Part shown: piece by piece, positions 49,220 through 59,973 of the stretch
Layout of the letters: every line of letters starts with the position of its first letter
How positions within the stretch are numbered: the first letter of the stretch is position 1
DNA from: Alkalispirochaeta sp.
GTDB lineage: Bacteria; Spirochaetota; Spirochaetia; DSM-27196; Alkalispirochaetaceae
DNA length: 64,000 nt
Direction: 5' to 3'
Assembly: GCA_965601925.1 (NCBI GenBank)
Contig: OZ271854.1
Span: 1,952,001 to 2,016,000, forward strand
Position numbers and translations under genes: made by a program
Notes under the pieces: generated by a model
Told to the model about the DNA's origin: nothing
Database searches by the model: none
Seen by the model: only the letters and a program-made list of their open reading frames with translations

Positions 49220-50968
49220 ATGTCCCAGACTCTTACGCGCGAAGAACGACTGTATCGTATCAGGCACACCACCGCGCACGTCATGGCCGAGGCGGTGTTG
49301 CAGATGTTTCCCGACGCCAGAATCGCAATCGGCCCACCGATCGAGAATGGTTTTTACTACGACTTTGAGCTCCCGCGGAGCCTCAAGGCGGACGACTTGG
49401 AGACGATCGAAGCCAAGATGCGGGAGATCGTCGCCGGCGATCACGCCTTGGTGCGCGAGGTAGTCGGCAAGGAGAGAGCCCGCGAGCTCTTCGCCGATCA
49501 GCCGTACAAGATTGAGTTGATCGACGACCTTCCCGACGACGTGGAAGTTTCGACGTATACCGTCGATACCTTTGTCGATCTATGTAAAGGGCCCCATGTC
49601 GAGAGCACCAAGGAGATTCATCCGAAGTCGTTTAAGCTGTTGAACATCGCCGGGGCGTACTGGAGAGGCGACGAGAAGCGCCCGATGCTCCAGCGCATCT
49701 ACGGCACCGCGTGGGAGACGCCCAAGGAGCTCCGGGAGTACCTCAACCGGCTGGCGGAGATCGAAAAACGGGACCACCGGAAGCTCGGCCGCGAGCTCGA
49801 TCTCTTTTCGACGCACGAGGAGGCGGGCGCCGGATTGATCTACTGGCATCCCAAGGGTGCGCGCATCCGCGGCGCCATCGAGGATTTCTGGCGCGACCAG
49901 CACCGTCTGGGCGGTTACGAGCTCCTCTATACGCCACACGTCGGAAAGAGTTGGCTCTGGGAGACGTCGGGTCACTTGGACTTTTACGGCGAGAACATGT
50001 ACTCACCGATGGAACTCGATAACGCGGATTACTACGCTAAGCCGATGAACTGTCCCTTTCACATCATGATCTACAAGACCGACAAGCGTAGTTATCGCGA
50101 TCTCCCGCTCAGATGGGGCGAGCTCGGCACCGTCTATCGCTACGAGCGCTCGGGAGTGTTACACGGTCTGTTGCGCGTCCGCGGATTCACCCAGGACGAT
50201 GCGCATATCTTTTGCACCCCCGATCAAACCGAGGATGAGATTCTCGAGGTTCTCCGCTTCTCAATGCGCATGTGGCATGCGTTCGGTTTCGATCAGATCA
50301 AGGCGTACCTGTCCACTCGTCCCGAAAAGTCGGTCGGCGAACAGGCGGACTGGGATCGCGCGACCGAGAGTTTGCGCAAGGCGTTGAAGGCCGAAGGTAT
50401 GGAGTACGAGGTCGACGAAGGGGGTGGGGCGTTCTACGGCCCCAAGATCGATCTCAAGGTTCGTGACGCCCTCGGTCGCGAGTGGCAGATGACGACGATT
50501 CAGTTCGATTTCAACCTTCCCGAGCGTTTCGATATGACCTTCGTCGATACCGACGGCACGGAGAAGCGTCCGTACATGGTGCATCGCGCACTGTTGGGCT
50601 CGCTGGAGCGGTTCTTCGGCGTGCTTATCGAGCATTACGGAGGAGCCTTTCCCGTCTGGTTGGCGCCGGTGCAGGCGGTGGTCGTGCCGGTGGCGCCGGC
50701 CTTTGACGAGTACGCCGCCACGGTCGCGACGAGGCTCTTTGAGGCGGGATACCGCGTCGAGGCGGACCTCTCGGACAATCGTATGAACGCCAAAATCCGT
50801 CTCGCCCAGACGCAGAAAGTGCCGTATATGCTGGTCGTCGGCGAGAAGGAAGAGAGCGCCGATCAGGTGAGTCCGCGTACGCGCACCGGCGACCGACTGG
50901 ACGCGATGTCAGTCGACGCATTTGCACGTCTTATGGCGGAGAAGGTCTCCGCAAAAGAGTCCGTTTAA
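49220..50968 (+). CDS. thrS: Threonine--tRNA ligase (short form without TGS domain)
   Basis: RHTTAH, DLCKGPH, RDHRKLG, KPMNCP, FYGPKID; SD GGAGG; promoter TTGACA-17-TACCCT at 49111-49139. Confidence 0.97.
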   Translation: MSQTLTREERLYRIRHTTAHVMAEAVLQMFPDARIAIGPPIENGFYYDFELPRSLKADDLETIEAKMREIVAGDHALVREVVGKERARELFADQPYKIELIDDLPDDVEVSTYTVDTFVDLCKGPHVESTKEIHPKSFKLLNIAGAYWRGDEKRPMLQRIYGTAWETPKELREYLNRLAEIEKRDHRKLGRELDLFSTHEEAGAGLIYWHPKGARIRGAIEDFWRDQHRLGGYELLYTPHVGKSWLWETSGHLDFYGENMYSPMELDNADYYAKPMNCPFHIMIYKTDKRSYRDLPLRWGELGTVYRYERSGVLHGLLRVRGFTQDDAHIFCTPDQTEDEILEVLRFSMRMWHAFGFDQIKAYLSTRPEKSVGEQADWDRATESLRKALKAEGMEYEVDEGGGAFYGPKIDLKVRDALGREWQMTTIQFDFNLPERFDMTFVDTDGTEKRPYMVHRALLGSLERFFGVLIEHYGGAFPVWLAPVQAVVVPVAPAFDEYAATVATRLFEAGYRVEADLSDNRMNAKIRLAQTQKVPYMLVVGEKEESADQVSPRTRTGDRLDAMSVDAFARLMAEKVSAKESV

Positions 50969-50981
50969 AGGAGTCGACCGC

Positions 50982-52514
50982 ATGAGCAATCTCGAACAGA
51001 CGCTCGTGGAGTTGAAGGCCCTCGACAAAGAGGCGCATCTGTTGGAGCACATCTCCGCGGCGATGAGCTGGGACCAGGAGACGTACATGCCCTCTCGCGC
51101 CGTCGATGAGCGCGCCGAACAGGTTGCGCTCCTGCAGAGTCTGATTCACGAGCGCACTATCGCCCCCCGCGTCGGCGAGCTTCTGGCCGCCGCCGGTGCC
51201 GACCCTTCGAGCGAAGACGACGAGGTTTCCGTCGCCGGGCTCGGTGAAGTCGACAACGCCTTTCTTCGCGAAAAGCGGCGGCAGTATCGTTTGGCGACCC
51301 GTCTACCCACCCGATTGGTGCGGGAGCTCGCCGAGACCGGCAGCCGCGGGCAAAATGCGTGGGCCGGCGCGCGCAAAGCTGACGATTACGAGCAGTTCAA
51401 ACCGTGGTTGCAGAAACTGATCGCCCTCAATCGCGAGATGGCCGACGCTCTCGGATACGAGGCGTGCCGATACGACGCACTCTTGGACCAGTACGAGCCG
51501 TACGCCCGCACCGCCGAGGTCGCCGACGTGTTTGCCGGCGTTCGCCAAGGGCTGGTGGAACTCGTGCGCAAGATCGGTGAGGCCGACCAAGTCGACGACT
51601 CCTTCTTCGATACACAGTTCGCCGAGGCGAAGCAGGATGAGTTCGGCCGCATGGTGATGACCTCGCTCGGGTACGAGACGAGCCGCGGTCGCCTGGACAA
51701 GAGCGCACATCCGTTTACCACAATGCTCGGCGGAGACGATATTCGCATTACGACTCGTTACGACGAATTGTTATTCGCCTCGGGGCTTTTCTCCACGATT
51801 CATGAGACCGGGCACGCCCTCTATGAACTTGGCGTCGATCCGGCGTTGCACGGAACGCTTCTTGCCGAGGGAACGAGTCTCGGTGTTCACGAGTCTCAAA
51901 GCAGGATGTGGGAAAACATGATCGGTCGTAGTCGTCATTTCTGGGACCATTGGCTCCCGACGGTGCGGAAACTCTTTCCCACCGAGCTCGCCTCGGTGGG
52001 CTTGGACGACTTCTATCGTGCGATCAATAAGGTCGAGCCCTCGTTTATCAGGGTGGAGGCCGACGAGGTAACCTACGGGCTGCACATTATCCTGCGGTTT
52101 GAACTGGAGCAGGCGCTTATCGACGATGAGCTCTCGGTAGACGAGTTGCCCGGTGCCTGGAACGAGAAGATGCGGGAACTATTGGGAATCACGCCCGCGA
52201 CCGACGCCGAAGGGGTATTGCAGGATGTGCATTGGTCCTTCGGAGCCTTCGGATACTTTCCGACGTACGCTCTGGGCAATCTCTACGCCGCGCAGTTTTT
52301 CTCGGTTATGCAACGGGAGATACCCGATATGTGGAAGCGGGTAGCGGAGGGTGCGACCGGGCCCATTCTCGACTGGCTGAGAGAACGTATCCATCGTCAC
52401 GGTAAGGTACGCTCCGCCGGGCGGCTCGTCAGGGAGATCAGTGGACAGGATCTGAATCCGCGCTTCTTTCTGGATTATCTCAACGACAAATACGGCGCGT
52501 TATACGGGTTTTGA
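50982..52514 (+). CDS. Carboxypeptidase, M32 (Taq) family
   Basis: WDQETYMP, HPF, HETGHALYE, HESQSR, IRVEADE, GYFPTY. Confidence 0.95.
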   Translation: MSNLEQTLVELKALDKEAHLLEHISAAMSWDQETYMPSRAVDERAEQVALLQSLIHERTIAPRVGELLAAAGADPSSEDDEVSVAGLGEVDNAFLREKRRQYRLATRLPTRLVRELAETGSRGQNAWAGARKADDYEQFKPWLQKLIALNREMADALGYEACRYDALLDQYEPYARTAEVADVFAGVRQGLVELVRKIGEADQVDDSFFDTQFAEAKQDEFGRMVMTSLGYETSRGRLDKSAHPFTTMLGGDDIRITTRYDELLFASGLFSTIHETGHALYELGVDPALHGTLLAEGTSLGVHESQSRMWENMIGRSRHFWDHWLPTVRKLFPTELASVGLDDFYRAINKVEPSFIRVEADEVTYGLHIILRFELEQALIDDELSVDELPGAWNEKMRELLGITPATDAEGVLQDVHWSFGAFGYFPTYALGNLYAAQFFSVMQREIPDMWKRVAEGATGPILDWLRERIHRHGKVRSAGRLVREISGQDLNPRFFLDYLNDKYGALYGF

Positions 52515-53473
52515 ATGAGTGGATCGGTCTCGTCGTCGCCTACGTTACGACGAGACCCTTTTTTCTCATCTTCCTCGCCGGCGGGGCTTTGGGAGTCGCG
52601 GTGCGCTTCGCCGTACCGTGGCCCCGATGGAACCGCGGTCCCCTCGTGACGCGAAAACGGCGCAACGCAGTCCTGCCCCTCGCCCTCGCATCGGCGCTGG
52701 TGCTGTCGGGCGGCGCAATGCTCCTGAATCCATTTGAGGTACTCGCGTGGTGGTGGGGCGGTGTCGCTTTGATGTTCGCCTCGGGATTGCTCGTCTGGGC
52801 GACGTTCGCCGCGCGCGGACTCCTGCGGACGATCGCGTTCATGACGTGCATCTTGCCGCTGGTATACGGATTCGCGCTGTGGGCACCGATCGAACGTGCC
52901 GAGGTACGCTTTTCGCGCAATGTCGACGATTCGATCCACGTCGTTCTCGCCTCTACGGACGAGGTGCCGGGCGGCGTGCTCCCGGACGGTCGATCGCATC
53001 CCCTTACGGTGGGGCTCCTACGCATCGATTTATCGGAGGGTTCCGACGGCGGAAGGTTGGATGTGCGTTTCGCCCCGGTCCTGCCCCTCGAGGGTGCCCC
53101 GGATGATATGGACCGACGCCGTCTCTCCGATCCGCCCGACGCCGGAGTGGGTGGTGTGTGGTCGCAGCCCCTGCATCTCGCCGTGGATCAATCCATCACC
53201 ATACGAGTCACTACGCGGCGGAATCCGCCGCCATTGTGGTGGTTTCCTCCCCCGGGAAGGGTTGTGACCGTTGCCGTAACGGCGTCCGGGAGCGATAGGG
53301 CGGATATTTTGTATCGACGCAGGAGTTCACCGATACCGGTGTGGTCGGATCCGCGAACCTATCCTCGCCGAGGATTCGGCGACCGAAACGCGGAGACGGA
53401 GTGGCCGGTAGACGGGGCGGGGTATCTCCAGCCCGGCTTCTATACGCTCTCGGTCGTAGGCGAAAACGAGTAG
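52511..53473 (+). CDS. Hypothetical membrane protein (~4 N-terminal TM plus soluble domain)
   Basis: Hydrophobic N-terminal ~125 aa; TTG start overlaps the upstream stop. Confidence 0.6.
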   Translation: MNEWIGLVVAYVTTRPFFLIFLAGGALGVAVRFAVPWPRWNRGPLVTRKRRNAVLPLALASALVLSGGAMLLNPFEVLAWWWGGVALMFASGLLVWATFAARGLLRTIAFMTCILPLVYGFALWAPIERAEVRFSRNVDDSIHVVLASTDEVPGGVLPDGRSHPLTVGLLRIDLSEGSDGGRLDVRFAPVLPLEGAPDDMDRRRLSDPPDAGVGGVWSQPLHLAVDQSITIRVTTRRNPPPLWWFPPPGRVVTVAVTASGSDRADILYRRRSSPIPVWSDPRTYPRRGFGDRNAETEWPVDGAGYLQPGFYTLSVVGENE

Positions 53474-53554
53474 ATGTCTTCCCCGATACGTTCACCGCGG
53501 TTATCGGCGATTGCGCCTTAGTTTTCGTTCGCTTTCGTCCGATACAAACATCGT

Positions 53555-53875
53555 ATGATGGTGACGCTTTATCGCCGGGAAGACAACGGAAGCGTGCAGT
53601 ACGTAACGATCACCGATCGTCAAGGAAACCTCTTTGGGTACCCGACGCTCACGCTTACCGTCGGGCGCGATTTTTTTATCACCCGAGAGCGTCACTTCAC
53701 CTACGCCGATGAAGCGGAGACGCAGAAGGCGCTTCGAGGAATGATCGATCGTCGTCTTCGAAACGGATTCGAAGTGTTGTACAGCTTTTTTCGCGAACGG
53801 CGTTTTGCGTCCGTTGAACAGTTGTTGGCACGGCACCGCAGCGACGGACCGGACGCTCAATCATCTTTGGCGTGA
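53555..53875 (+). CDS. Small WGR-domain-like protein
   Basis: QGNLFG..LTLTVGR..F.Y..E.E...L.....RLRNGF resembles the WGR pattern, with VGR in place of WGR. Confidence 0.6.
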   Translation: MMVTLYRREDNGSVQYVTITDRQGNLFGYPTLTLTVGRDFFITRERHFTYADEAETQKALRGMIDRRLRNGFEVLYSFFRERRFASVEQLLARHRSDGPDAQSSLA

Positions 53876-53935
53876 GTCGCCGCCGTCTGATCGGCGAGGT
53901 TGACACCGAGTGTTGAGGTCCGTAGCATCTCGTGT

Positions 53936-54523
53936 GTGAACGCGGCAAATGTTCTGACGAGTACACGGTTTGTATTGAGCCCGCTCTTTTTTTTCTTCGC
54001 CTACCTGCCCTTCTGGACCGCCGGTCGGTTCAGCCTCCTGAGTATCGTGATGCTCTGGAGCATCTTCGTGCTTACGGAGATCTCCGACATGTTGGACGGC
54101 GCGGTCGCCCGATCCATGGGTGTCGTATCCGACATCGGGAAGCTTCTGGATCCCTTCGCCGATGTCGTGAGTCGGCTCACCTGTTTTGTCGTCTTTGCCA
54201 CCTTCTCGATCATGCCGGTCTGGATGTTCGTGCTGATTATGTACCGCGAGTTGGGGATCATTTTTGTGCGTATGTTGATGGCGCGCGACGGCGTTGCGCT
54301 CGCCGCACGCTGGGGCGGAAAGACGAAAACCGTGGTGTACGCCGTAAGCACCGGTTTGGGCCTCCTCATGCTGACTCATCTTCGCTTGCGAAATCTCCAC
54401 GGCCTCATGCCCCAGCTCCCCTGGTTAACGATCGGGGCGTTCGGTGTTTCGGTTATCTTCTCGTGGGCCAGTTTCGCCGATTATCTCATCGTACTGCGCC
54501 GCCACTACCGCGAACGCGGATAG
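53936..54523 (+). CDS. pgsA: CDP-diacylglycerol--glycerol-3-phosphate 3-phosphatidyltransferase
   Basis: NxLTxxR N-terminus, SDMLDGAVAR..SDIGKLLDPFAD, GGKTKT; start moved to GTG 53936. Confidence 0.88.
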   Translation: MNAANVLTSTRFVLSPLFFFFAYLPFWTAGRFSLLSIVMLWSIFVLTEISDMLDGAVARSMGVVSDIGKLLDPFADVVSRLTCFVVFATFSIMPVWMFVLIMYRELGIIFVRMLMARDGVALAARWGGKTKTVVYAVSTGLGLLMLTHLRLRNLHGLMPQLPWLTIGAFGVSVIFSWASFADYLIVLRRHYRERG

Positions 54524-54720
54524 TTTCTCCCGGTACACGTATCGTTTTTCGCTCCTCGATAGATACACATTCGTAATCCAAGATGTATTTTTTGCTCCAG
54601 GGGTTTACATGCGCGGATTTTTTATATACTTTGTCCGACATAAATGTAGTAAACAAGCCGAAAGGCCACGAAAAAGAGGCTTTGCGACTTCGGGTTATCG
54701 AAAACGTATGGAGGTAGAGG

Positions 54721-56142
54721 ATGAGTGATATGACGGCAAAAGACGTGCTCGATCTGATCAAAAAAGAGGACGTCAAAATTGTTGACTTCCGCTTTATGGA
54801 CTTTCCGGGGATGCAGCAGCACTTCTCGGTTCCCGTAAGCGAAGTCGATGAGGATAGCTTCACCGATGGAGTCGGTTTCGACGGCTCGAGTATTCGCGGA
54901 TGGCAGAGTATAAACGAGTCGGACATGCTCGTGAAACCGCAGCCTCAGACGGCCTTTGTCGACCCCTTTATGGAGATCAAGACGCTGGTAATCGTCTGTA
55001 ACATCGCCGATCCGATCACCGGTGAGGATTACACTCGTGATCCGCGCAACATCGCGCGCAAAGCCGACAACTATCTCAAGAGCTCGGGTATCGGAGATAC
55101 GGCCTTCATCGGCCCCGAAGCGGAGTTTTTCGTATTCGACGACGTACGCTTCGACCAGAACGAACATAGCGGCTACTACTTCGTCGACTCCGTCGAGGGT
55201 CGTTGGAACTCGGGAAAGGACGAAGGGCCCAACCTCGGTTACAAGCCGCGCTACAAGGAGGGCTACTTCCCGGTACCGCCGAGCGACAGCTTGCAGGACA
55301 TGCGTTCCGAGATGGTCGTCTTGATGGAGCAGATCGGACTTTCGGTCGAGGCGCACCACCACGAAGTGGCGACCGGCGGGCAGTGCGAGATCGACATGCG
55401 GTTTGCGCCTATGGTCGAGATGGCGGACAATATGACCAAGTACAAGTACGTGGTCAAAAATGTCGCCCGTAAGCACAACAAGACCGTCACGTTCATGCCC
55501 AAGCCGGTGTTCATGGACAACGGGAGCGGCATGCACACCCACCTCTCGATCTGGAAGAACGGCAAGAATCAGTTTTTCGGCGACGGATATGCCGGACTCT
55601 CGCAAGCCGCGCTGTACGCGATCGGCGGACTCCTGAAGCACGCTCCGGCGGTGCTGGCCTTTACCAATCCGACGACCAACAGCTACAAGCGACTCGTACC
55701 GGGCTACGAGGCCCCGGTCAATCTGGCGTACAGTCGTCGTAACCGTAGCGCTGCGGTCCGTATTCCGATGTACTCCAACAGCGAAAAGGCCAAGCGGTTC
55801 GAGTTCCGTTGCCCCGATCCGTCCAGCAATCCGTACCTCGGATTTTCCGCGATGCTCATGGCGGCAATCGACGGTATCCAGAACAAGATCGATCCGGGCG
55901 AGCCGTTGGATCGCAACATCTACGACCTCAGCCCGGAAGAGGCGGCCGGTGTACCCACGACTCCCGGGAGTCTCAGAGAGGCGCTCGACGCTTTGGAGAA
56001 CGATCACGAGTTCCTTCTCAAAGGCGATGTCTTTACCAAAGACGTCATCGAGACGTGGATCGATTACAAGCGCGAGAACGAGGCGATGGCTCTCGATCTT
56101 CGTCCTCATCCCTACGAGTTTGCGCTGTACTTCGATATCTAA
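54721..56142 (+). CDS. glnA: Glutamine synthetase type I
   Basis: [36 protein letters not shown]; adenylylation-site NIYDLSPEE. Confidence 0.98.
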   Translation: MSDMTAKDVLDLIKKEDVKIVDFRFMDFPGMQQHFSVPVSEVDEDSFTDGVGFDGSSIRGWQSINESDMLVKPQPQTAFVDPFMEIKTLVIVCNIADPITGEDYTRDPRNIARKADNYLKSSGIGDTAFIGPEAEFFVFDDVRFDQNEHSGYYFVDSVEGRWNSGKDEGPNLGYKPRYKEGYFPVPPSDSLQDMRSEMVVLMEQIGLSVEAHHHEVATGGQCEIDMRFAPMVEMADNMTKYKYVVKNVARKHNKTVTFMPKPVFMDNGSGMHTHLSIWKNGKNQFFGDGYAGLSQAALYAIGGLLKHAPAVLAFTNPTTNSYKRLVPGYEAPVNLAYSRRNRSAAVRIPMYSNSEKAKRFEFRCPDPSSNPYLGFSAMLMAAIDGIQNKIDPGEPLDRNIYDLSPEEAAGVPTTPGSLREALDALENDHEFLLKGDVFTKDVIETWIDYKRENEAMALDLRPHPYEFALYFDI

Positions 56143-56190
56143 GGTGGATTCACGAGGCCTTTTCCCCGGGGAAGGCCGGTGGATGGATGC

Positions 56191-56219
56191 GGCGTCGGCA
56201 TTGTGCCGACGCCTTTTTT
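56191..56219 (+). terminator. Intrinsic terminator after glnA
   Basis: GGCGTCGGCA-ttg-TGCCGACGCC followed by T6. Confidence 0.88.
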
Positions 56220-56235
56220 GTTGAATGGTGCGCTC

Positions 56236-59200
56236 TTACGCCTCGGGGGATTCACCGACGACGGAGATATAGTGAGCACGGACGCGCTTCATCGTCTCAC
56301 CGAGACGTGTGAGGAGCTCACCGGGCGGAACCGCCTCGCCCAGTACCACACGCGTTAACTTCGCCTGCGAGTCGGGCTCCGTCGGGATCGCGTGAAGTTG
56401 TTGATCGTCGTACACTTGCAGGAAGTGCTCGATCCGACGCAGGAAGAGATAGTCGTCTCCGAGGCGACCTACCGTGGCCGACTCCAAGATGCCCGCCTCC
56501 TCCAGGCGGCGTAGGGCGGCGAGGGTGTTGCCGGTAAGGATCTCGGGGTAAAAACGGTGTTGGAGCATCTGTAGCGCCTGCACGAGAAACTCTATGTCCC
56601 GAATGCCGCCCTCGCCGTTTTTGATATCCGCACCGATGAGCGGTTGCGCCGCCGTTGCCGTCGGCCCGTGTTGCCGGACCGCACGTGTTCGCAGATGGCG
56701 TACGGTGCCGAGTATGCCCTCCTTCCCGGCGCCGTCCAATCTCCGGGTGAAGGTCGGTTTGATCTCTTCTAAGAATCGGCGACCCAACTCGATGTCTCCG
56801 GCGATCGGCGAGAGTTTTATGAGGGCCTGCAGCTCCCACAGGTCCGCCTCCTCGGCATAGTAGCGGTGAAGGGTCGGAATGGCATAAACGAGGCGCCCGG
56901 CGTTGCCCCACGGTCGAAGGCGTAGATCGACGCGGTACGCTTGACCCTCCAGGGTGAAATCGGTGAGGTCGCGTACCACTTGGCGGAAGAGTTTACTTGC
57001 CCGCTCCTCCTGATCGACGACCGCCTCGTCGTCTTGGTAGACCGCCAGCAGATCGATGTCCGAGCTGTAGTTGAGTTCGTCGCCTCCGAGCTTGCCGAAG
57101 GCGAGGATACACAGCGGCCCCGCTTCGTACGCGAGATCGCGTTGCGCGTGAAACAGCGCGGTTCGTACCACAGAGCGCGCCAGCGCGCTTATCTCACCGA
57201 CGACTTCGGTGAAGTCACCGCCGAGACAGATATCGCGGGCTCCGATGCGTAGTATCTCGCGCCTGCGGAATCGGCGCAGCGCGTTGAGACGTTCCATACG
57301 ATCGGCGGCGACGCTCGTCTCGGACCGCAACTCCTCTTCAATATCGTGTTCCTCCCGGCGCGCCGCGACGACCGACGGGTCGCTGATCCAGCCGAGAAAC
57401 GCGGGAGTACGAATAAGCGTGTCGCTCAAGAATTGGCTGCCGGCAAAAATCGTCAGCATGATCTCCATGCGTCTGGGCTGAGCCAGAAGCTCGCGAAAAA
57501 ACGCCTTCCGATCCTCGACCTGCTCGGTGAAGCGATCCCAGTTGTTGAGCGCCATATCGGGATCGCCCGAGCGGCGGAGGTAGTCCCAGGCGAGCACCAC
57601 CAAGCGGGCAAATTGTTCGCGCGCCTCGCCGTCACCCGCCATGCGACGAAGATTGACAATACCCCGGGATGGGTTCCGAAATCCTGCGTCGGTCAACACG
57701 CGCGATATACGTTCCTCCCCGATGCTGTCGGAGAGCACCAAGTCGGCCGGATTACCCGCCGCTAGTCCGGGAATCGCGTCTTGGCCGAGGTGGCGTTCCA
57801 CAAAGCTGCGCACCGCCGCGGTCTCCACTTCGAAGTCCAGACGCAACTGCTCGGCCGCGGTCAGCTCACGCGTATCGCGATATCCTGTACGTCGTGCGAG
57901 GTGAATCGCCTCCCGTGAGTCGAACTCCGGGAGAAATAGATCCTGGGCGTGGCCGCGGAGCATCCTGAGGCCGTTGATCAGCGTTCTGAGAAAGCGATAC
58001 GCGCGGATCATCGCCTCCGCCTCCTCGTCGTCGATCGTACCCAACTCCGACAGCGCTCGAAGGCTGGCGTGGATGCCGGGATTGCGCAGTTGGGGATGGT
58101 CTCGGCCGCGTTCTACCTGGAGCAGCTGGACGTTGTACTCTAAGTCGACGAGCGCGCCGGGACTGAACTTCGCGTTGAGGCGTCCGTCGCCGACTTTCTC
58201 TTCGGCCTGTCGAACGCGTAGGTCTCTGATCTCGGCCGCCCGAATGCCATGGCTCTCGTAGATAAGTTGATCGCGGATGGCGACCACCCGCCGACCCAAC
58301 TCCTCGTCGCCGGCGATGTGTCGGAGGCGGATGAGGGCCAACCGTTCGGCGCTGTGCGCCTTACCGGCGGGGCCGAAATAGTTGATAAAACTCTCAATGT
58401 GGACGGCCTTCGGGCCGTCGTTGCCGTAGGGCCTGAGTCTGAGGTCGATCTCGAAGATCGCCTCACGGCGGCTATCGATCATGCCGACCGCCTCGACGAC
58501 CAGCTTCTCGAAAAACTCACGGTTGGTGATGCGCGTCCGCCGCCGCTCGTTCGCCGCATCGTCGGTTGCTCCGTCGGTATCGCCCTGGTCGCTGTATACC
58601 ATCATGAGCTCTATGTCCGACGCGTATCCGAGGGCGCTTCCACCCATCTTCCCCAGGCCGAAGACCGCGTATTGGGCCGGTAGCCCTGCGGCGCTTCGCG
58701 GCCGTCCGTAGCGTCGCGTTACCGTCTCCCACGCGAGAGCGAAGGCGCAGTCCACGACGACTTCGGCGAGTTTGGTCAATCGGTGGCTCAGAAAGAAGAA
58801 ATCGGTATTGCGCTGCAATATGTGGTCGGCGTCGATGAGATACGACTCGTGGTCCTTGAACTCGTTGAGCACGCGGCGACGGTCGTCCGGTTGAGAGACC
58901 TCGGCGAGCCGTTCCTCCAGCCGATCTCGCAGCGTCTCCGACGGAGTGCTGAAGGGGCGGTGCGCGTGGCGGTCGCGCAGAAGGGGCAGGATGTTCTCGT
59001 ACTGAAGACGAATGAAATCCTCCCACAGGAAATCGCTCGCGCCCAAAAGCCGCGCCAGTTCGCGCTGAGCCTCCGGATCGGCGAGCAACTCTCCCAGACG
59101 CTCCCGTCCGCCGTCGATCGCCACCTTTCGTACGATCTCCTCAAAGCGTGTGAAGGCGACGCGCGGATCCGCCGCTTGGTCGAGGGCGTGAGAGAACTGC

Positions 59201-59973
59201 TTGGTCACGAGAATGGAGAGCTTGAGACGCTCGATATCGTCCGGGGCGTCGACCGGTCCTCCGGACGTACGCTGAACCCAAAATGTGTCGTGAATCTCCT
59301 CGCCGACGGTATCGATTTCCAGATCCTGAATCGAGACGTCCTGGAGCGTTAGCGCGCTCGCCAGGGAGTACAAGAAAAACGGTGTATCCTGAGAAACGAC
59401 CGATACGCGGGTGAGTTCTTCTTCCTGATCGATCGCGATGTTAATCGGGAGCAGCGGCTCGTTACTTCGAGGATGCACGGCGTGCGCCAGAGCCACGATT
59501 TCCATGACGGTCTCGCGAACGGCGTCAGAGCCGTGTGCTCCCGACGAGCGGAGAAGCTCGACGAGCTCATCGGTAATGCCGGCGATCCACTCGTCAAAAT
59601 CGGTGCCTGAGGGCAGGACACCGTCGAACGTGTCCACAACCACGCCGCCCTCGGTCGTGAATATGCGTCCCGTCTTGACGTTGAAGCCGCGTGCACCCAT
59701 CACGCCGCTCAAGATTCCGAAGAGACCGGCGGCGTCGCGGGTACAGATCGTGAACCGGCAGTGCACCGCCTCCTCGCCGGAGGGCGACTCGGCCGCTTGA
59801 GCGTTCACCATCGCCAGCGGTTGTCGATCGCTCAGAGAACCGATCGCCTCACCGTGGGCTCGTATTTCGTCGTCGGTATGGGCGGAGAAATAGCGCTCGG
59901 GAAGGTCTGAAAGTATCGCGCCTACCGTCTCGACCGCCGACGGCTCAAGCGCTCGCCTGATCCGATCCTTCAA
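56236..59973 (-). CDS. glnE: Glutamine synthetase adenylyltransferase with N-terminal GlnD-like ACT domains; start uncertain (59973 or 60021)
   Basis: Two nucleotidyltransferase modules (LGKMGGSALGYASDIEL..IDLRLRPYG; FGKLGGDELNYSSDIDL..VDLRLRPWG; KNGEGGIRDIEF) preceded by two ACT-like repeats. Confidence 0.9.
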   Translation of the reverse strand: MKDRIRRALEPSAVETVGAILSDLPERYFSAHTDDEIRAHGEAIGSLSDRQPLAMVNAQAAESPSGEEAVHCRFTICTRDAAGLFGILSGVMGARGFNVKTGRIFTTEGGVVVDTFDGVLPSGTDFDEWIAGITDELVELLRSSGAHGSDAVRETVMEIVALAHAVHPRSNEPLLPINIAIDQEEELTRVSVVSQDTPFFLYSLASALTLQDVSIQDLEIDTVGEEIHDTFWVQRTSGGPVDAPDDIERLKLSILVTKQFSHALDQAADPRVAFTRFEEIVRKVAIDGGRERLGELLADPEAQRELARLLGASDFLWEDFIRLQYENILPLLRDRHAHRPFSTPSETLRDRLEERLAEVSQPDDRRRVLNEFKDHESYLIDADHILQRNTDFFFLSHRLTKLAEVVVDCAFALAWETVTRRYGRPRSAAGLPAQYAVFGLGKMGGSALGYASDIELMMVYSDQGDTDGATDDAANERRRTRITNREFFEKLVVEAVGMIDSRREAIFEIDLRLRPYGNDGPKAVHIESFINYFGPAGKAHSAERLALIRLRHIAGDEELGRRVVAIRDQLIYESHGIRAAEIRDLRVRQAEEKVGDGRLNAKFSPGALVDLEYNVQLLQVERGRDHPQLRNPGIHASLRALSELGTIDDEEAEAMIRAYRFLRTLINGLRMLRGHAQDLFLPEFDSREAIHLARRTGYRDTRELTAAEQLRLDFEVETAAVRSFVERHLGQDAIPGLAAGNPADLVLSDSIGEERISRVLTDAGFRNPSRGIVNLRRMAGDGEAREQFARLVVLAWDYLRRSGDPDMALNNWDRFTEQVEDRKAFFRELLAQPRRMEIMLTIFAGSQFLSDTLIRTPAFLGWISDPSVVAARREEHDIEEELRSETSVAADRMERLNALRRFRRREILRIGARDICLGGDFTEVVGEISALARSVVRTALFHAQRDLAYEAGPLCILAFGKLGGDELNYSSDIDLLAVYQDDEAVVDQEERASKLFRQVVRDLTDFTLEGQAYRVDLRLRPWGNAGRLVYAIPTLHRYYAEEADLWELQALIKLSPIAGDIELGRRFLEEIKPTFTRRLDGAGKEGILGTVRHLRTRAVRQHGPTATAAQPLIGADIKNGEGGIRDIEFLVQALQMLQHRFYPEILTGNTLAALRRLEEAGILESATVGRLGDDYLFLRRIEHFLQVYDDQQLHAIPTEPDSQAKLTRVVLGEAVPPGELLTRLGETMKRVRAHYISVVGESPEA

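Noticed and set aside
54647..54700. Partial resemblance to a c-di-GMP-I or glutamine riboswitch
   Set aside because: Only GTAAAC..GAAA..ACG fragments match; the GCAAA motif and second stem are missing.
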